This document shows positions 1-9,138 of a stretch of DNA of 64,000 bases, one piece after another. This DNA comes from an uncultured bacterium (GTDB lineage: Bacteria; Fermentibacterota; Fermentibacteria; Fermentibacterales; JCC-6). The notes beneath the pieces are model-generated. The model saw nothing but the letters and a program-made list of their open reading frames with translations. It was not told the DNA's origin and ran no database searches. Position 1 is the first letter of the stretch. Each line of letters begins with the position of its first letter. Where the stretch lies: contig CAYREX010000009.1 in the NCBI GenBank assembly GCA_964423505.1, positions 1-64,000 on the forward strand, read 5' to 3'. The position numbers and the translations under genes are program-made.

Positions 1-237
1 AGCTTCACCTCCAGTATTACCATTGGTCATACTTTCGGTTTCGTCAAGGGTTAACAATGATTCTGCGGCTGCCGTGTATCCCGGCTGCCTGGTTATACTG
101 CAGGAGAATATCGCCTTATCTACAGGCGGTCAATAAGTGTATTGCGTCTGTGGGGCTTTGATGGCTGCGGTGTAACCACTGGGAAGCCGGTGTTATGCTG
201 CAGCTCTGTATGCGGGAGCCCAATATGACTCTGCATA

Positions 238-1197
238 CTATTCTGGCTCCGGAGTTATAGAGCTTCCCTTCCTTTTCTTCGCCGCCCACTCCATCGTTGC
301 CCTGAACGCCTCCACCGGGGGGGTGCTGGGGCTCCAGCCGGTTAGCTCGTGGGTGCGGCTGTCGTCGGCGTGCCAGTCGCAGGCGAGGAGCTCCCTGCAC
401 TTGTCCCTGGTGAAGAAGGGCGTCTTGCCGAGGATGTTGGCGAGGAGCTCGGCGTTGAGGCCCGCGAACCTTATGAGGAAGCCCGGGATGCATATGCGCA
501 GGACCTTCCTGCCCGCTGCCTCGGAGAGCATCTGGCGGAAGACCTTCCAGGTGTAGGTGCAGCCGTAGGAGGGGTCGAGTATCTCTCCCTCCGCCTCGGG
601 GCAGTTCGGGAGCATGGCGACGAGATCTGCCAGGTCCGGGCCGTAGACCATTGCGAAGCCGCCCTCGTTGCAGGGGGTGAGCAGCATTCCTCTGCTGGCC
701 GCTCTGAAGACGGGTCTCGATGCGTCGTCTCCCGGGCCGAAGACGGCGGGAGGCCTGAGGATTACCCAGTTGGCGGATTCCCTCACCGCTATCTCCCCCA
801 GGAGCTTGCTGCGTCCGTAGGCGGTGACCGGGCCTCTCCTGCCGGGGCCGGCCGCGGCCTGGCTGCTGACGTAGACGAGGAGGGCCTTTCTGCAGGCGGC
901 GTCCCTGGCCCTGACCATCATGGCGGTGAGGAGGCCGTTGGCCCTGTCGAACTCCTCCTGGCTGCCGGCGGCCACGGCGCCTGCGCAGTGGACCAGGAGG
1001 TCCGAGCCGCCGATGGCTTCGCTCAGTCGTTTCCTGTCCATCATGTCCAGGCGGACGGTCTCGCAGCCCTCTGGTATGCGGCGGGTGCTGGAGGTCTGCC
1101 GGAGGAGGGTGTGGACCCGCCAGCCGCTGTCCAGGAGCTTTCTCGCGATGTGGCTGCCGAGGAAGCCGGAGGCTCCCGTGAGCGCTGCTGTTGCCAC
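238..1197 (-). CDS. cerR: NAD(P)-dependent epimerase/dehydratase-family reductase, candidate 3-ketodihydrosphingosine/ceramide reductase (CerR-like)
   Basis: 319 aa; N-terminal Rossmann motif GASGFLGSHIARKLL; YGRSK (YxxxK) catalytic motif; GTG start; divergent from a serine palmitoyltransferase gene, as in Caulobacter-type ceramide clusters. Confidence 0.7.
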   Translation of the reverse strand: MATAALTGASGFLGSHIARKLLDSGWRVHTLLRQTSSTRRIPEGCETVRLDMMDRKRLSEAIGGSDLLVHCAGAVAAGSQEEFDRANGLLTAMMVRARDAACRKALLVYVSSQAAAGPGRRGPVTAYGRSKLLGEIAVRESANWVILRPPAVFGPGDDASRPVFRAASRGMLLTPCNEGGFAMVYGPDLADLVAMLPNCPEAEGEILDPSYGCTYTWKVFRQMLSEAAGRKVLRICIPGFLIRFAGLNAELLANILGKTPFFTRDKCRELLACDWHADDSRTHELTGWSPSTPPVEAFRATMEWAAKKRKGSSITPEPE

Positions 1198-1217
1198 TCT
1201 GCCCCCGAGCAGTCAAG

Positions 1218-1229
1218 TTGACTTGTCAA
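1218..1229. promoter_or_regulatory. Inverted repeat TTGACttGTCAA in the divergent cerR/spt promoter region, candidate operator or -35 element
   Basis: TTGAC-tt-GTCAA read directly in the 100-bp divergent intergenic region; TTGACT also matches a sigma70 -35 consensus. Confidence 0.3.
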
Positions 1230-1295
1230 ATGCCCCTGATTAGCTTCCTGCGCAATGCTACACGCACCCGTACAAGCTGGCAAGGTGGTCTTCCT

Positions 1296-2480
1296 TTGAG
1301 CAAGCGTGCGTTCCGTAAGTGTCACGAGTATGACCGGGTGGAGAGGGTCCGGGAGAACGGCCTCTACCCGTACTTCGTGCCCCTGGGTGGCCATGTGGGC
1401 GCGGAGATGAAGATAGAGGGCCACAGCATCATCATGCTGGGCTCCAACAACTACCTGGGCCTCACGGACCACCCGGTGGTGATGGACAAGGCCAAGGAGG
1501 CAATAGACCGATACGGCACAGGGTGTACGGGGAGCAGGTTCCTGAACGGCACGCTGGACCTGCACATCGAGCTGGAGGACAGGCTGGCGGAGTTCCTGGG
1601 CAAGGAGATGGTGATTACCTTCTCCACGGGGTTCCAGGCCAACCTGGGCGTCATAGGCACGGTTGCCGGCAGGAACGACCTGCTCTACCTGGACAGGCTG
1701 AACCACGCATCCATCATAGACGGCTCCAGGATGAGCTTCGCCAGGGTGCTGAAGTACAGGCACAACGACCACGACCACCTGCGCTATATGCTGGAGAACA
1801 ACCCGGACCACCCGGCGGTCATCATCACCGACGGTGTGTTCAGCATGGAGGGGGACCTGGCGCAGCTGCCGGGCCTCGTGGAGATATCCAGGGAGTACGA
1901 CGCGGTTCTCATCGTGGACGACGCCCACGGCCTGGGGGCCATGGGGGCCACCGGCCGGGGGACGGCCGAGCACTTCGGGTGCCTGGAGGAAGTGGACATA
2001 CTGGTGGGGACCTTCAGCAAGTCCTTCGCCTGCATAGGTGGCTTCGCCGCGGGGCCGGCCCACGTGATGGAGTACGTGAAGCACACCGCGAGGCCGATGA
2101 TATTCTCCGCAAGCCTGCCGCCGGCGGCGGTGGCCACGGTGCTGGCTGCCCTGGACGTGCTGGAGGCGGAGCCGGAGCTTGTGGCGCGGGCCCACAGGGC
2201 CGCCGAGAGGGCCCGCAAGGGCCTGGCAGAGCTGGGGTTCAACGTGGGCAACTCCGAGACCCCCATAGTGCCCATCATCGTGGGGGAGGAGCTTCAGACG
2301 CTCATCCTCTGGAAGAGGCTCTACAAGGCCGGCGTCTTCACCAACCCGGTGGTGAGCCCCGCCGTGGCCAGCGGCGAGGAGATGCTGAGGACCAGCTACA
2401 TGGCCACCCACACCGACGAGATGATAGACCGTGCGTTGGACATCTTCGAGAGCACCGGGAGGGAGCTCGGCCTTATCTGA
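1296..2480 (+). CDS. spt: Serine palmitoyltransferase / alpha-oxoamine synthase (PLP-dependent)
   Basis: Matches the Sphingomonas SPT pattern GLYxYFxP...GSNxYLGL, then FSTGFQANLG, DxLNHASIIDG, DGVFSMEGD, DDAHGLG, GTFSKS (PLP lysine), FSASLPPA, NPVVSPAV. Start is uncertain: TTG at 1296 follows an AAGGTGG RBS and gives MSKR...; the first ATG is at 1230; the ORF opens at 1191. Confidence 0.85.
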   Translation: MSKRAFRKCHEYDRVERVRENGLYPYFVPLGGHVGAEMKIEGHSIIMLGSNNYLGLTDHPVVMDKAKEAIDRYGTGCTGSRFLNGTLDLHIELEDRLAEFLGKEMVITFSTGFQANLGVIGTVAGRNDLLYLDRLNHASIIDGSRMSFARVLKYRHNDHDHLRYMLENNPDHPAVIITDGVFSMEGDLAQLPGLVEISREYDAVLIVDDAHGLGAMGATGRGTAEHFGCLEEVDILVGTFSKSFACIGGFAAGPAHVMEYVKHTARPMIFSASLPPAAVATVLAALDVLEAEPELVARAHRAAERARKGLAELGFNVGNSETPIVPIIVGEELQTLILWKRLYKAGVFTNPVVSPAVASGEEMLRTSYMATHTDEMIDRALDIFESTGRELGLI

Positions 2481-2499
2481 CCCGGCAATCGGAGGTCCG

Positions 2500-3672
2500 A
2501 TGTCCGAATCAGCCCCCGTCAGCGTAGAGCAGACCCGCGGGAAGACCGGCCTGAGGGAGTTCGTGCGGCTGCCGTTCGAGCTCTACCGGGACGACCCCTG
2601 CTGGGTGCCGCCGGTGCGCCGCATCCAGATGCAGCTGTTCGACAGCGGCCACCCGTTCCACGAGCACGGCGAGGTGACCACCTACCTGGCCAGGCGGGAC
2701 GGCAGGGCGGTTGGGCGCATTGCCGCCATAGTCAACCACGCCCACAACGAGTACCACGGCGAGAGGACCGGGTTCTTCGGCTTCCTGGAGGCCGGTGACG
2801 ACCAGGAGGTCTTCGCGGCGCTGCTCGGGGCGGCGGAGCGGCGGCTGGCCGAGGCGGGCATGGAGAGCTGCAGGGGGCCGATGGAGTTCTCGACGAACGA
2901 GGAGTGCGGCCTGCTGGTGAAGGGCTTCGACGGGCCTCCCATGGTGATGATGCCCTACAACCCGCCCTGGTACCTGGAGCGCCTGGAGGAGTGCGGCTAC
3001 CGGAAGGTAATCGACCTCTACGCCTACAGGCTGGTGGACGACGGCAACCGCTTCGAGCGGCTGGGGAGGGTGGCCGCGGCGGTGCTCCGGAGGCCCGGGG
3101 TGAGCGTGCGCAACCTCTCCGTCCGGCACATCTCCCGGGACATCCCGGTGATAATGGACATATACAACGAGTGCTGGAGGCGGAACTGGGGCTTCGTCCC
3201 CATGACCGAGCGGGAGCTGGACGCTATGGCGGACGAGCTGAAGCTCATCCTCAGGCCCAGCCTGGCCCCGATAGTCGAGGTGGACGGGGAGCCGGTTGCC
3301 TTCGCGGTGGCGCTGCCCGACGCCAACCAGGCGTTCATGAGGGCCCGGGGGAGCCTGGTCCGCGCGGCGCTCCTGCTGAAGGTGCCTCCGTTCAGGATGC
3401 ACGTAGACGCGGCCAGGGTCCTGCTGCTGGGGGTCAGGGAGGCCCACAGGGGCAGGGGGCTGGAGGCGCTGATAATCCACAGGATAATAGAGAGCTGCCT
3501 CGAGATGGGCATGACCAGCGCGGAGATGTCCTGGATACTGGAGGACAACGAGCCGATGAAGCGGATACTGGGCCGGATGGGCGCCGACCAGTACCGCACC
3601 TACAGGATACTCGAGAAGGGCCTCACCGGGCAGGGAGAGCCCCCTCCGCGCGAAGAAGGGGAATCCACATGA
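2500..3672 (+). CDS. GNAT-fold N-acyltransferase, candidate bacterial ceramide synthase (bCerS-like)
   Basis: 391 aa beginning MSESAPV after a GGAGG RBS, 20 bp downstream of spt; the ~390-aa GNAT-like acyltransferase architecture typical of genes next to bacterial spt; its stop overlaps the alaS start. Confidence 0.6.
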   Translation: MSESAPVSVEQTRGKTGLREFVRLPFELYRDDPCWVPPVRRIQMQLFDSGHPFHEHGEVTTYLARRDGRAVGRIAAIVNHAHNEYHGERTGFFGFLEAGDDQEVFAALLGAAERRLAEAGMESCRGPMEFSTNEECGLLVKGFDGPPMVMMPYNPPWYLERLEECGYRKVIDLYAYRLVDDGNRFERLGRVAAAVLRRPGVSVRNLSVRHISRDIPVIMDIYNECWRRNWGFVPMTERELDAMADELKLILRPSLAPIVEVDGEPVAFAVALPDANQAFMRARGSLVRAALLLKVPPFRMHVDAARVLLLGVREAHRGRGLEALIIHRIIESCLEMGMTSAEMSWILEDNEPMKRILGRMGADQYRTYRILEKGLTGQGEPPPREEGEST

Positions 3673-5453
3673 CCACGCGAGAGCTCAAGGAGATGTACCT
3701 GGAGTTCTTCCGGGGGAGGGGGCACGCCGTTATACAGGGTGCCTCGCTCATCCCGGAGAACGACTCCACCATCCTCTATACCCCGGCCGGCATGCAGCCG
3801 CTGGTACCCTATCTGATGGGGGAGCGGCACCCTGCGGGGCGCAGGCTGGCGGACGTGCAGAAGTGCATCCGCACCGGCGACATCGAGGAGGTGGGAGACC
3901 CGACACACCTTACCTTCTTCGAGATGCTGGGCAACTGGTCCCTGGGCGACTACTTCAAGCGCGAGGCCATAGAGATGAGCGTGGAGTTCCTGACCTCGGA
4001 GAGGTGGCTGGGCTTCGACATGGAGAGGCTGCACGTCACCGTCTTCGCCGGGGACGGGGCGGTCCCGCCCGACGAGGAGGCCGCCAGGTACTGGGAGGAG
4101 GCCGGCGTCCCGAGGGAGCGCATCTACTTCCTGGGGCGGGATGACAACTGGTGGGGCCCCACCGGCGCCACCGGCCCCTGCGGCCCCGACACGGAGATGT
4201 TCATAGACACCGGCAGACCGCCCTGCTCCGACGGCTGCCTCCCCGGCTGCGGCTGCGGGAAGTACTTCGAGGTCTGGAACGACGTCTTCATGGAGTACCG
4301 GAAGACGGCGGAGGGCACCTTCGAGCCGCTGGAGCAGAAGAACGTGGACACCGGCATGGGCGTGGAGCGAACCGTCGCGATGATGCGTGGCATGGACAGC
4401 GTTTACGGGGTGCCGCTCTTCGAGCCGGTCCTGCAGGCCATAGGGGAGCTCTCCGGGAAGAGCGCCCCGGAGGGGGCGGACCTGAGGAGCACGAGGATAG
4501 TGGCCGACCACATCAGGACGGCCACCCACATCCTGGGAGACGACCAGGGAGTGCCGCCGTCGAACCTGGACAGGGGCTACATTGTCCGAAGGCTCATAAG
4601 GCTTGCGGTCCGGCACGGACGGAGGCTGGGCATAGAGGGGCCCTTCCTGGCCGGTCTCGCCGAGCGGGTCATAGAGGAGGAGTCCGGCGCATGGCCGGAG
4701 TTGTCGAAGAACAGGGACTTCGCCCTGACGGAGCTTGCCGCGGAGGAGGAGCGCTTCGAGAAGACCCTGCAGTCCGGCCTCAGGGAGTTCGAGAAGATGC
4801 TCCCCAACCTGCTGAAGAACCCCCGGAAGCTGGTCCCGGGCAGGCTGGCCTTCAAGCTGTACGACACCTACGGCTTCCCGGTGGAGTTCACGGCGGAGCT
4901 CGCCTCGGAGCAGGGGATGACCGTGGACATGGATGGCTACAGGAAGGCCTTCGAGAAGCACCGGGAGAAGTCCCGCCAGGGGCTCGAGAAGAAGTTCAAG
5001 GGCGGCCTCGCCGACCACGGCGAGATGGTCACGAAGCTCCATACCGCCACCCACCTGCTCCACCAGGCGCTCAGGGAGGTGCTGGGCGACCACGTCGAGC
5101 AGAGGGGCAGCAACATCACCGGGGAGCGGCTGCGCTTCGACTTCTCCCACCCTGAGGCGATGACCGACGGGGAGCTGGAGGAGGTCGAGCGCGTGGTAAA
5201 CGAGCTGATAGAGGCGGACCTGCCTGTCAGCTACCAGGAGATGCCCCTGCAGGAGGCGCTGGACGACGGGGCCATCGGGGTCTTCCGCAGCAGGTACGAC
5301 GAGCGGGTGAAGGTCTACTGCGTGGGCGAGTTCTCCAAGGAGATATGCGGAGGCCCCCACGTGGGAAGCACCGGCGAGCTGGGCAGGTTCAGGATAATCA
5401 AGGAGAAGAGCTCCTCCCGGGGCGTAAGGCGGATAAGGGCGGTGCTGGAATGA
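3669..5453 (+). CDS. alaS: Alanine--tRNA ligase, short form lacking the C-Ala domain
   Basis: N-terminus MTTRELKEMYLEFFRGRGH...FFEMLGNWSLGDYFK; editing-domain HTATHLLHQAL and CGGPHV motifs; stops after 594 aa (typical AlaRS is ~870 aa). Confidence 0.9.
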   Translation: MTTRELKEMYLEFFRGRGHAVIQGASLIPENDSTILYTPAGMQPLVPYLMGERHPAGRRLADVQKCIRTGDIEEVGDPTHLTFFEMLGNWSLGDYFKREAIEMSVEFLTSERWLGFDMERLHVTVFAGDGAVPPDEEAARYWEEAGVPRERIYFLGRDDNWWGPTGATGPCGPDTEMFIDTGRPPCSDGCLPGCGCGKYFEVWNDVFMEYRKTAEGTFEPLEQKNVDTGMGVERTVAMMRGMDSVYGVPLFEPVLQAIGELSGKSAPEGADLRSTRIVADHIRTATHILGDDQGVPPSNLDRGYIVRRLIRLAVRHGRRLGIEGPFLAGLAERVIEEESGAWPELSKNRDFALTELAAEEERFEKTLQSGLREFEKMLPNLLKNPRKLVPGRLAFKLYDTYGFPVEFTAELASEQGMTVDMDGYRKAFEKHREKSRQGLEKKFKGGLADHGEMVTKLHTATHLLHQALREVLGDHVEQRGSNITGERLRFDFSHPEAMTDGELEEVERVVNELIEADLPVSYQEMPLQEALDDGAIGVFRSRYDERVKVYCVGEFSKEICGGPHVGSTGELGRFRIIKEKSSSRGVRRIRAVLE

Positions 5454-6391
5454 GAAGCGTACCCGCGGCGGCACTTCTGGCCGCCATCCTCTCGACCTGC
5501 GCCGCGGCGGACTGGTCCGGCGCGTGGGAGACCACCTACGGCATGCTCTTCCTCTCCCAGGATGGCGACCGGGTGACCGGCCACTACGACATCAGCGGCT
5601 ACTCCTCGGTGGAGGGGACCGTGACGGATGACGGCAGGCTGGTCTTCACCTACCGGGAGCCCGCGGCCAGCGGCGAGGGCTGGTTCGAGATGGGTCCGGA
5701 CTCCATGAGCTTCGCGGGGGAGTGGAGCGAGGACGGCTCCGGTACCTGGTACGACTGGGAGGGCTTCCGCGCCGGGGCGGGCGTGGCCCCCTCGCGGTGG
5801 CTGGTCATCCTGGAGGCGGAGTGGCAGACGAACCTCAGCGAGAGGGAGTACTCCTTCGGGGAGATGCTCGACTCCTGGTTCGCCAGGGTGGAGGGGGTGA
5901 CGGTCAGGCACCGCTTCATCCACGACGAGGAGGACCTGGAGCGCTTCCTCATGGAGAGCGCAGGGCTCACCGGCGAGGTCTACCTGCTGCTGGCCTCCCA
6001 CGGCACCGGCGACGGCCTGGAGCTGCCCGGGGGAACCGTGGACGCCGGGGAGCTCATACATGCCCTGGAGCCGGTCCGGAACCTGGCGCTGCTCCACTTC
6101 AGCTCATGCGAGATAATGGCCGGCGAGACGCCGGGGGAGGTGCTCGCCTCCAGGGACGACTGGCCGGAGGGATTCGTGGTCTCCGGGTACACCAGGAGCG
6201 TTGACTGGGGGGCCAGCGCCGTGCTGGAGGTCTTCTACCTGAACCAGATGCTGGAGAACGGCTTCCCGCCGGAGGACGCGGCCAGGTCCGTAGAGGACTG
6301 CATCACCTTCGCGGGGACGGACGACACGCAGTGGATGGAGGGCGCCGGGTTCACGTGGATGGCCCCGGGCCGGGTAATCCGCATAAGGTAG
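5450..6391 (+). CDS. Secreted caspase-like (clan CD, C14/C13-type) cysteine peptidase domain protein
   Basis: Signal peptide MRSVPAAALLAAILSTCAAA; caspase His-Gly and Cys strands VYLLLASHGTGDG and LALLHFSSCE; ATGA overlap with the alaS stop. Confidence 0.55.
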   Translation: MRSVPAAALLAAILSTCAAADWSGAWETTYGMLFLSQDGDRVTGHYDISGYSSVEGTVTDDGRLVFTYREPAASGEGWFEMGPDSMSFAGEWSEDGSGTWYDWEGFRAGAGVAPSRWLVILEAEWQTNLSEREYSFGEMLDSWFARVEGVTVRHRFIHDEEDLERFLMESAGLTGEVYLLLASHGTGDGLELPGGTVDAGELIHALEPVRNLALLHFSSCEIMAGETPGEVLASRDDWPEGFVVSGYTRSVDWGASAVLEVFYLNQMLENGFPPEDAARSVEDCITFAGTDDTQWMEGAGFTWMAPGRVIRIR

Positions 6392-6405
6392 CGAGGAAGG
6401 AAGAG

Positions 6406-7458
6406 ATGGAACTGGAACTCCTCAGGAGGCTCTGCGAGACAGACGGCATCTCTGGCAGGGAGGACGCCGTTGCCGAGGTCTTGGGCGAGGCCATGGCCCC
6501 GCACGTCGACGAGGTGACCACCGACGCGGTGAAGAACGTCACCGGCTTCAGGAAGGGCACCGGCGGGGGCGACCTGCCCAGGGTGATGCTGGCCGGGCAC
6601 ATAGACGAGATAGGCTTCCTCGTCAACAACATCGACTCAGGCGGCTTCGCCTCGGTGACCACCGTGGGCGGCTGGAGCGCGATAAACATCGTCTCCAGCA
6701 CGGTCAGGGTGCATACCAGGGACCACGGGGCGCTGCACGCCGTGATGGCGCGCAGGGCGGAGATAGACCCGGAGAAGCTGAAGAAGGTCCCGCCCTACTT
6801 CAACCTCTACCTGGACTTCGGCATGGACCCGGACGAGGTGCACGGGAAGGTCGCCCGCGGCGACTGGGTGACCATGAGCACCCCCTACCGGGAGCTTGGC
6901 GACTGCATGGTGGCCAAGGCCTTCGACGACAGGGTGGGGGCCTTCGTCATCGCCGAGGCCGCGAAGCGCTCGAAGAGCCCCGGCATCGATCTCTACGCCG
7001 TAGGCACCGCCCAGGAGGAGGTGGGCCTGCGCGGCTCCGCCGTGGCCGCCCAGAGGATAAGGCCCCACGTGGGAGTAGCGGTGGACATAACCGGCTCCGG
7101 GGACATCCCCGGCCATCCGGAGCGCATGCGCGTGACCGAGCTGGGCAAGGGCGTCGCCATCAAGTACATGGACTCCAGCGTCATCAGCTCCACCTACCTC
7201 GTGGACATGCTCCGCGGCATCGCCGAGGAGGAGGGCATAGACTACCAGATGGAGATACTGCCCAGGGGCGGCACCGACACGGCCAGCATGCAGCGCTTCG
7301 GCCCGGGCGCACACGCGGCCTGCCTCTCCATACCCACCAGGTACGGACACAGCCCCACCGCCGTCATTCACAGGCACGACGTCGAGACTGCCGTCGAGCT
7401 GCTGGCGGCCTTCCTGGACAGGATGGGGCCCGGCTCCGGCCTCCCGGGCCTGCCGTGA
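6406..7458 (+). CDS. M42 family metallo-aminopeptidase (glutamyl aminopeptidase / CelM-like)
   Basis: 351 aa; ISGREDAVAEVL..., GHIDEIGF, metal-binding region DDRVGAFV...QEEVGLRG; RBS AGGAAGGAAGAG upstream. Confidence 0.8.
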   Translation: MELELLRRLCETDGISGREDAVAEVLGEAMAPHVDEVTTDAVKNVTGFRKGTGGGDLPRVMLAGHIDEIGFLVNNIDSGGFASVTTVGGWSAINIVSSTVRVHTRDHGALHAVMARRAEIDPEKLKKVPPYFNLYLDFGMDPDEVHGKVARGDWVTMSTPYRELGDCMVAKAFDDRVGAFVIAEAAKRSKSPGIDLYAVGTAQEEVGLRGSAVAAQRIRPHVGVAVDITGSGDIPGHPERMRVTELGKGVAIKYMDSSVISSTYLVDMLRGIAEEEGIDYQMEILPRGGTDTASMQRFGPGAHAACLSIPTRYGHSPTAVIHRHDVETAVELLAAFLDRMGPGSGLPGLP

Positions 7459-8501
7459 CCGCCGCCGTACTGCTGGCGCTGCTCGCCTCGCTGCCACAGG
7501 GCAGCCCGGAGGCGGGCTACACGGCAACCTTCTCCATCGCCGCGGTGGACACGACAACCGGGGAGATGGGTATAGCCGTGGCCTCCTGCGTGCCCTTCGT
7601 CGGCAGGGACGTACCGTGGGCCCGGGCAGGCGTCGGAGCGGTCGCCACCCAGGCATGGGTGAACCAGTCCTACGGGCCGGACGGCCTGGCCCTCCTCGAG
7701 TCGGGCCACTCGCCGGCCATGGCGCTGGACAGCCTTCTGAAATGGGACCCGGACAGCGAGCAGAGGCAGGTGGGCATAGTCAGCGCCGCCGCCGAGGCGG
7801 TCAGCTTCACCGGCGCCGAGACGATGGACTGGGCCGGAGGGCTGACGGGGCCCGGCTACGCCGTGCAGGGCAACATCCTGGTGGGCGAGGATGTCGTCAC
7901 ATCCATGGAGGAGGCCTTCCTGGCGACGGAGGGGCCTCTGGCCGTTCGCCTGCTGGCCGCCCTGCAGTCCGGCGAGGACGCAGGCGGGGACAGCCGCGGC
8001 AGGCAGTCCGCCGCCATCCTGGTGGTGCGCGAGGGCGCGGGCCACGGAGGCTGCACCGATGTCTTCGTGGACATAGCCGTCTCCGACCATCCGGAGCCCA
8101 TTCCGGAGCTGTCCAGGCTCTACGGCATCTGGGAGCGCTGGTACGTGCTGCCTGTATACCTCGACGACGGGGAGGGGCCGGAGACCGAGTGGGCACTGGG
8201 CATCATCAACAGGGTCGCGGAGGAGTCCCCGGACGACCCCCAGGTGCTGAACTCGGTCGCCTGGGCGCTGGCCGAGAGGGGGCTGCACCCGGAGAGGGCT
8301 GTGGAGCTGGCCCTGCGGGCCCACGGGCTCGCCCCGGACGACCACAACATCATGGACACGGTGGCCACGGCCCACTACGCTGCGGGGGACTACGCCGAGG
8401 CGGTCCGCTGGGAGCGGAGCGCGCTGGAGCTGGACCCGGGCAACGAGTTCTACCTGGAGCAGCTGGAGCGCTTCCGGCAGGCGGCTGAGGAGCTGCAATG
8501 A
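7455..8501 (+). CDS. DUF1028 (Ntn-hydrolase-like) protein with C-terminal TPR region
   Basis: TFSIAAVDTTTGEMGIAVASCVPFVG signature of DUF1028; C-terminal TPR-like helices; GTGA overlap with the upstream gene. Confidence 0.6.
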   Translation: MTAAVLLALLASLPQGSPEAGYTATFSIAAVDTTTGEMGIAVASCVPFVGRDVPWARAGVGAVATQAWVNQSYGPDGLALLESGHSPAMALDSLLKWDPDSEQRQVGIVSAAAEAVSFTGAETMDWAGGLTGPGYAVQGNILVGEDVVTSMEEAFLATEGPLAVRLLAALQSGEDAGGDSRGRQSAAILVVREGAGHGGCTDVFVDIAVSDHPEPIPELSRLYGIWERWYVLPVYLDDGEGPETEWALGIINRVAEESPDDPQVLNSVAWALAERGLHPERAVELALRAHGLAPDDHNIMDTVATAHYAAGDYAEAVRWERSALELDPGNEFYLEQLERFRQAAEELQ

Positions 8502-8642
8502 CCTCTGACGGCAGGGGAGTACCCTAGGCTGGGTCGAGATGGAACTCCGACATGTGCGCAACACAGCTTATTGTTCGCTCCAGCAACGAAAGGACGTCTT
8601 GACGTTATGACTGCATGATCCCTCTGGAAGGAGAGGTGTATC

Positions 8643-8876
8643 ATGTCTGAGCTTACGAAAAGGGCCACTGTATACATTGATCCCGCTCTACACCGGGCGC
8701 TGCGGCTGAAATCCGTAGAGACTTCAAAATCCATGTCAGAGCTGATCAACGACGCAATTCGAGAAGAACCAGCAGAGGACGCTGAAGACCTGGCCATCTT
8801 CCCTGCGCGCCAGCACGAGCCAACCGTCACGTTCGAGGCCTTCGTTGAAGGACTGAAGCGTGATGGCAAGCTATAG
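8643..8876 (+). CDS. Ribbon-helix-helix (CopG/Phd-like) antitoxin
   Basis: 77 aa; directly upstream of, and overlapping, a RelE/ParE toxin gene; lies in a low-GC islet. Confidence 0.6.
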   Translation: MSELTKRATVYIDPALHRALRLKSVETSKSMSELINDAIREEPAEDAEDLAIFPARQHEPTVTFEAFVEGLKRDGKL

Positions 8877-9120
8877 GGTTCTCATCCGGAAATCGGTACG
8901 GAAAGACCTCGATGGAATCCCGAAGAAGGATGTGCAAGGAATCGTCAAGGCAATCAGCAGCCTAGCCGAGGATCCGCGACCGCGGCAATCCAAAAAGCTA
9001 TCTGGAGAAGAGAAGTACAGGCTTCGGTGCGGTTCTAACCGGGTGCCTTACGAGATCCAGGACAGGGAACCGGTTGTATACATCGTTCGAGCCAGGCATC
9101 GTAGAGACGCGTATAGATAG
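8860..9120 (+). CDS. RelE/ParE-family type II toxin
   Basis: 86 aa; YRVLIRKSVRKDLDGIPKKDVQGIVKAISSL...LSGEEKYRLRCGSNRVPYEI...VYIVRARHRRDAY is the RelE/ParE pattern. Confidence 0.7.
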   Translation: MMASYRVLIRKSVRKDLDGIPKKDVQGIVKAISSLAEDPRPRQSKKLSGEEKYRLRCGSNRVPYEIQDREPVVYIVRARHRRDAYR

Positions 9121-9138
9121 AAAGCGAACAACAGCATG

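Noticed and set aside
116-1221. Long ORFs 116..1216 (-) and 349..1221 (+) overlapping cerR
   Set aside because: Arg/Gly/Pro-rich translations typical of out-of-frame reads of high-GC coding DNA. The 238..1197 frame has real Rossmann and YxxxK motifs.
3600-5474. 624-aa ORF antisense to alaS
   Set aside because: Low-complexity antisense artefact; alaS on the plus strand has unmistakable motifs.
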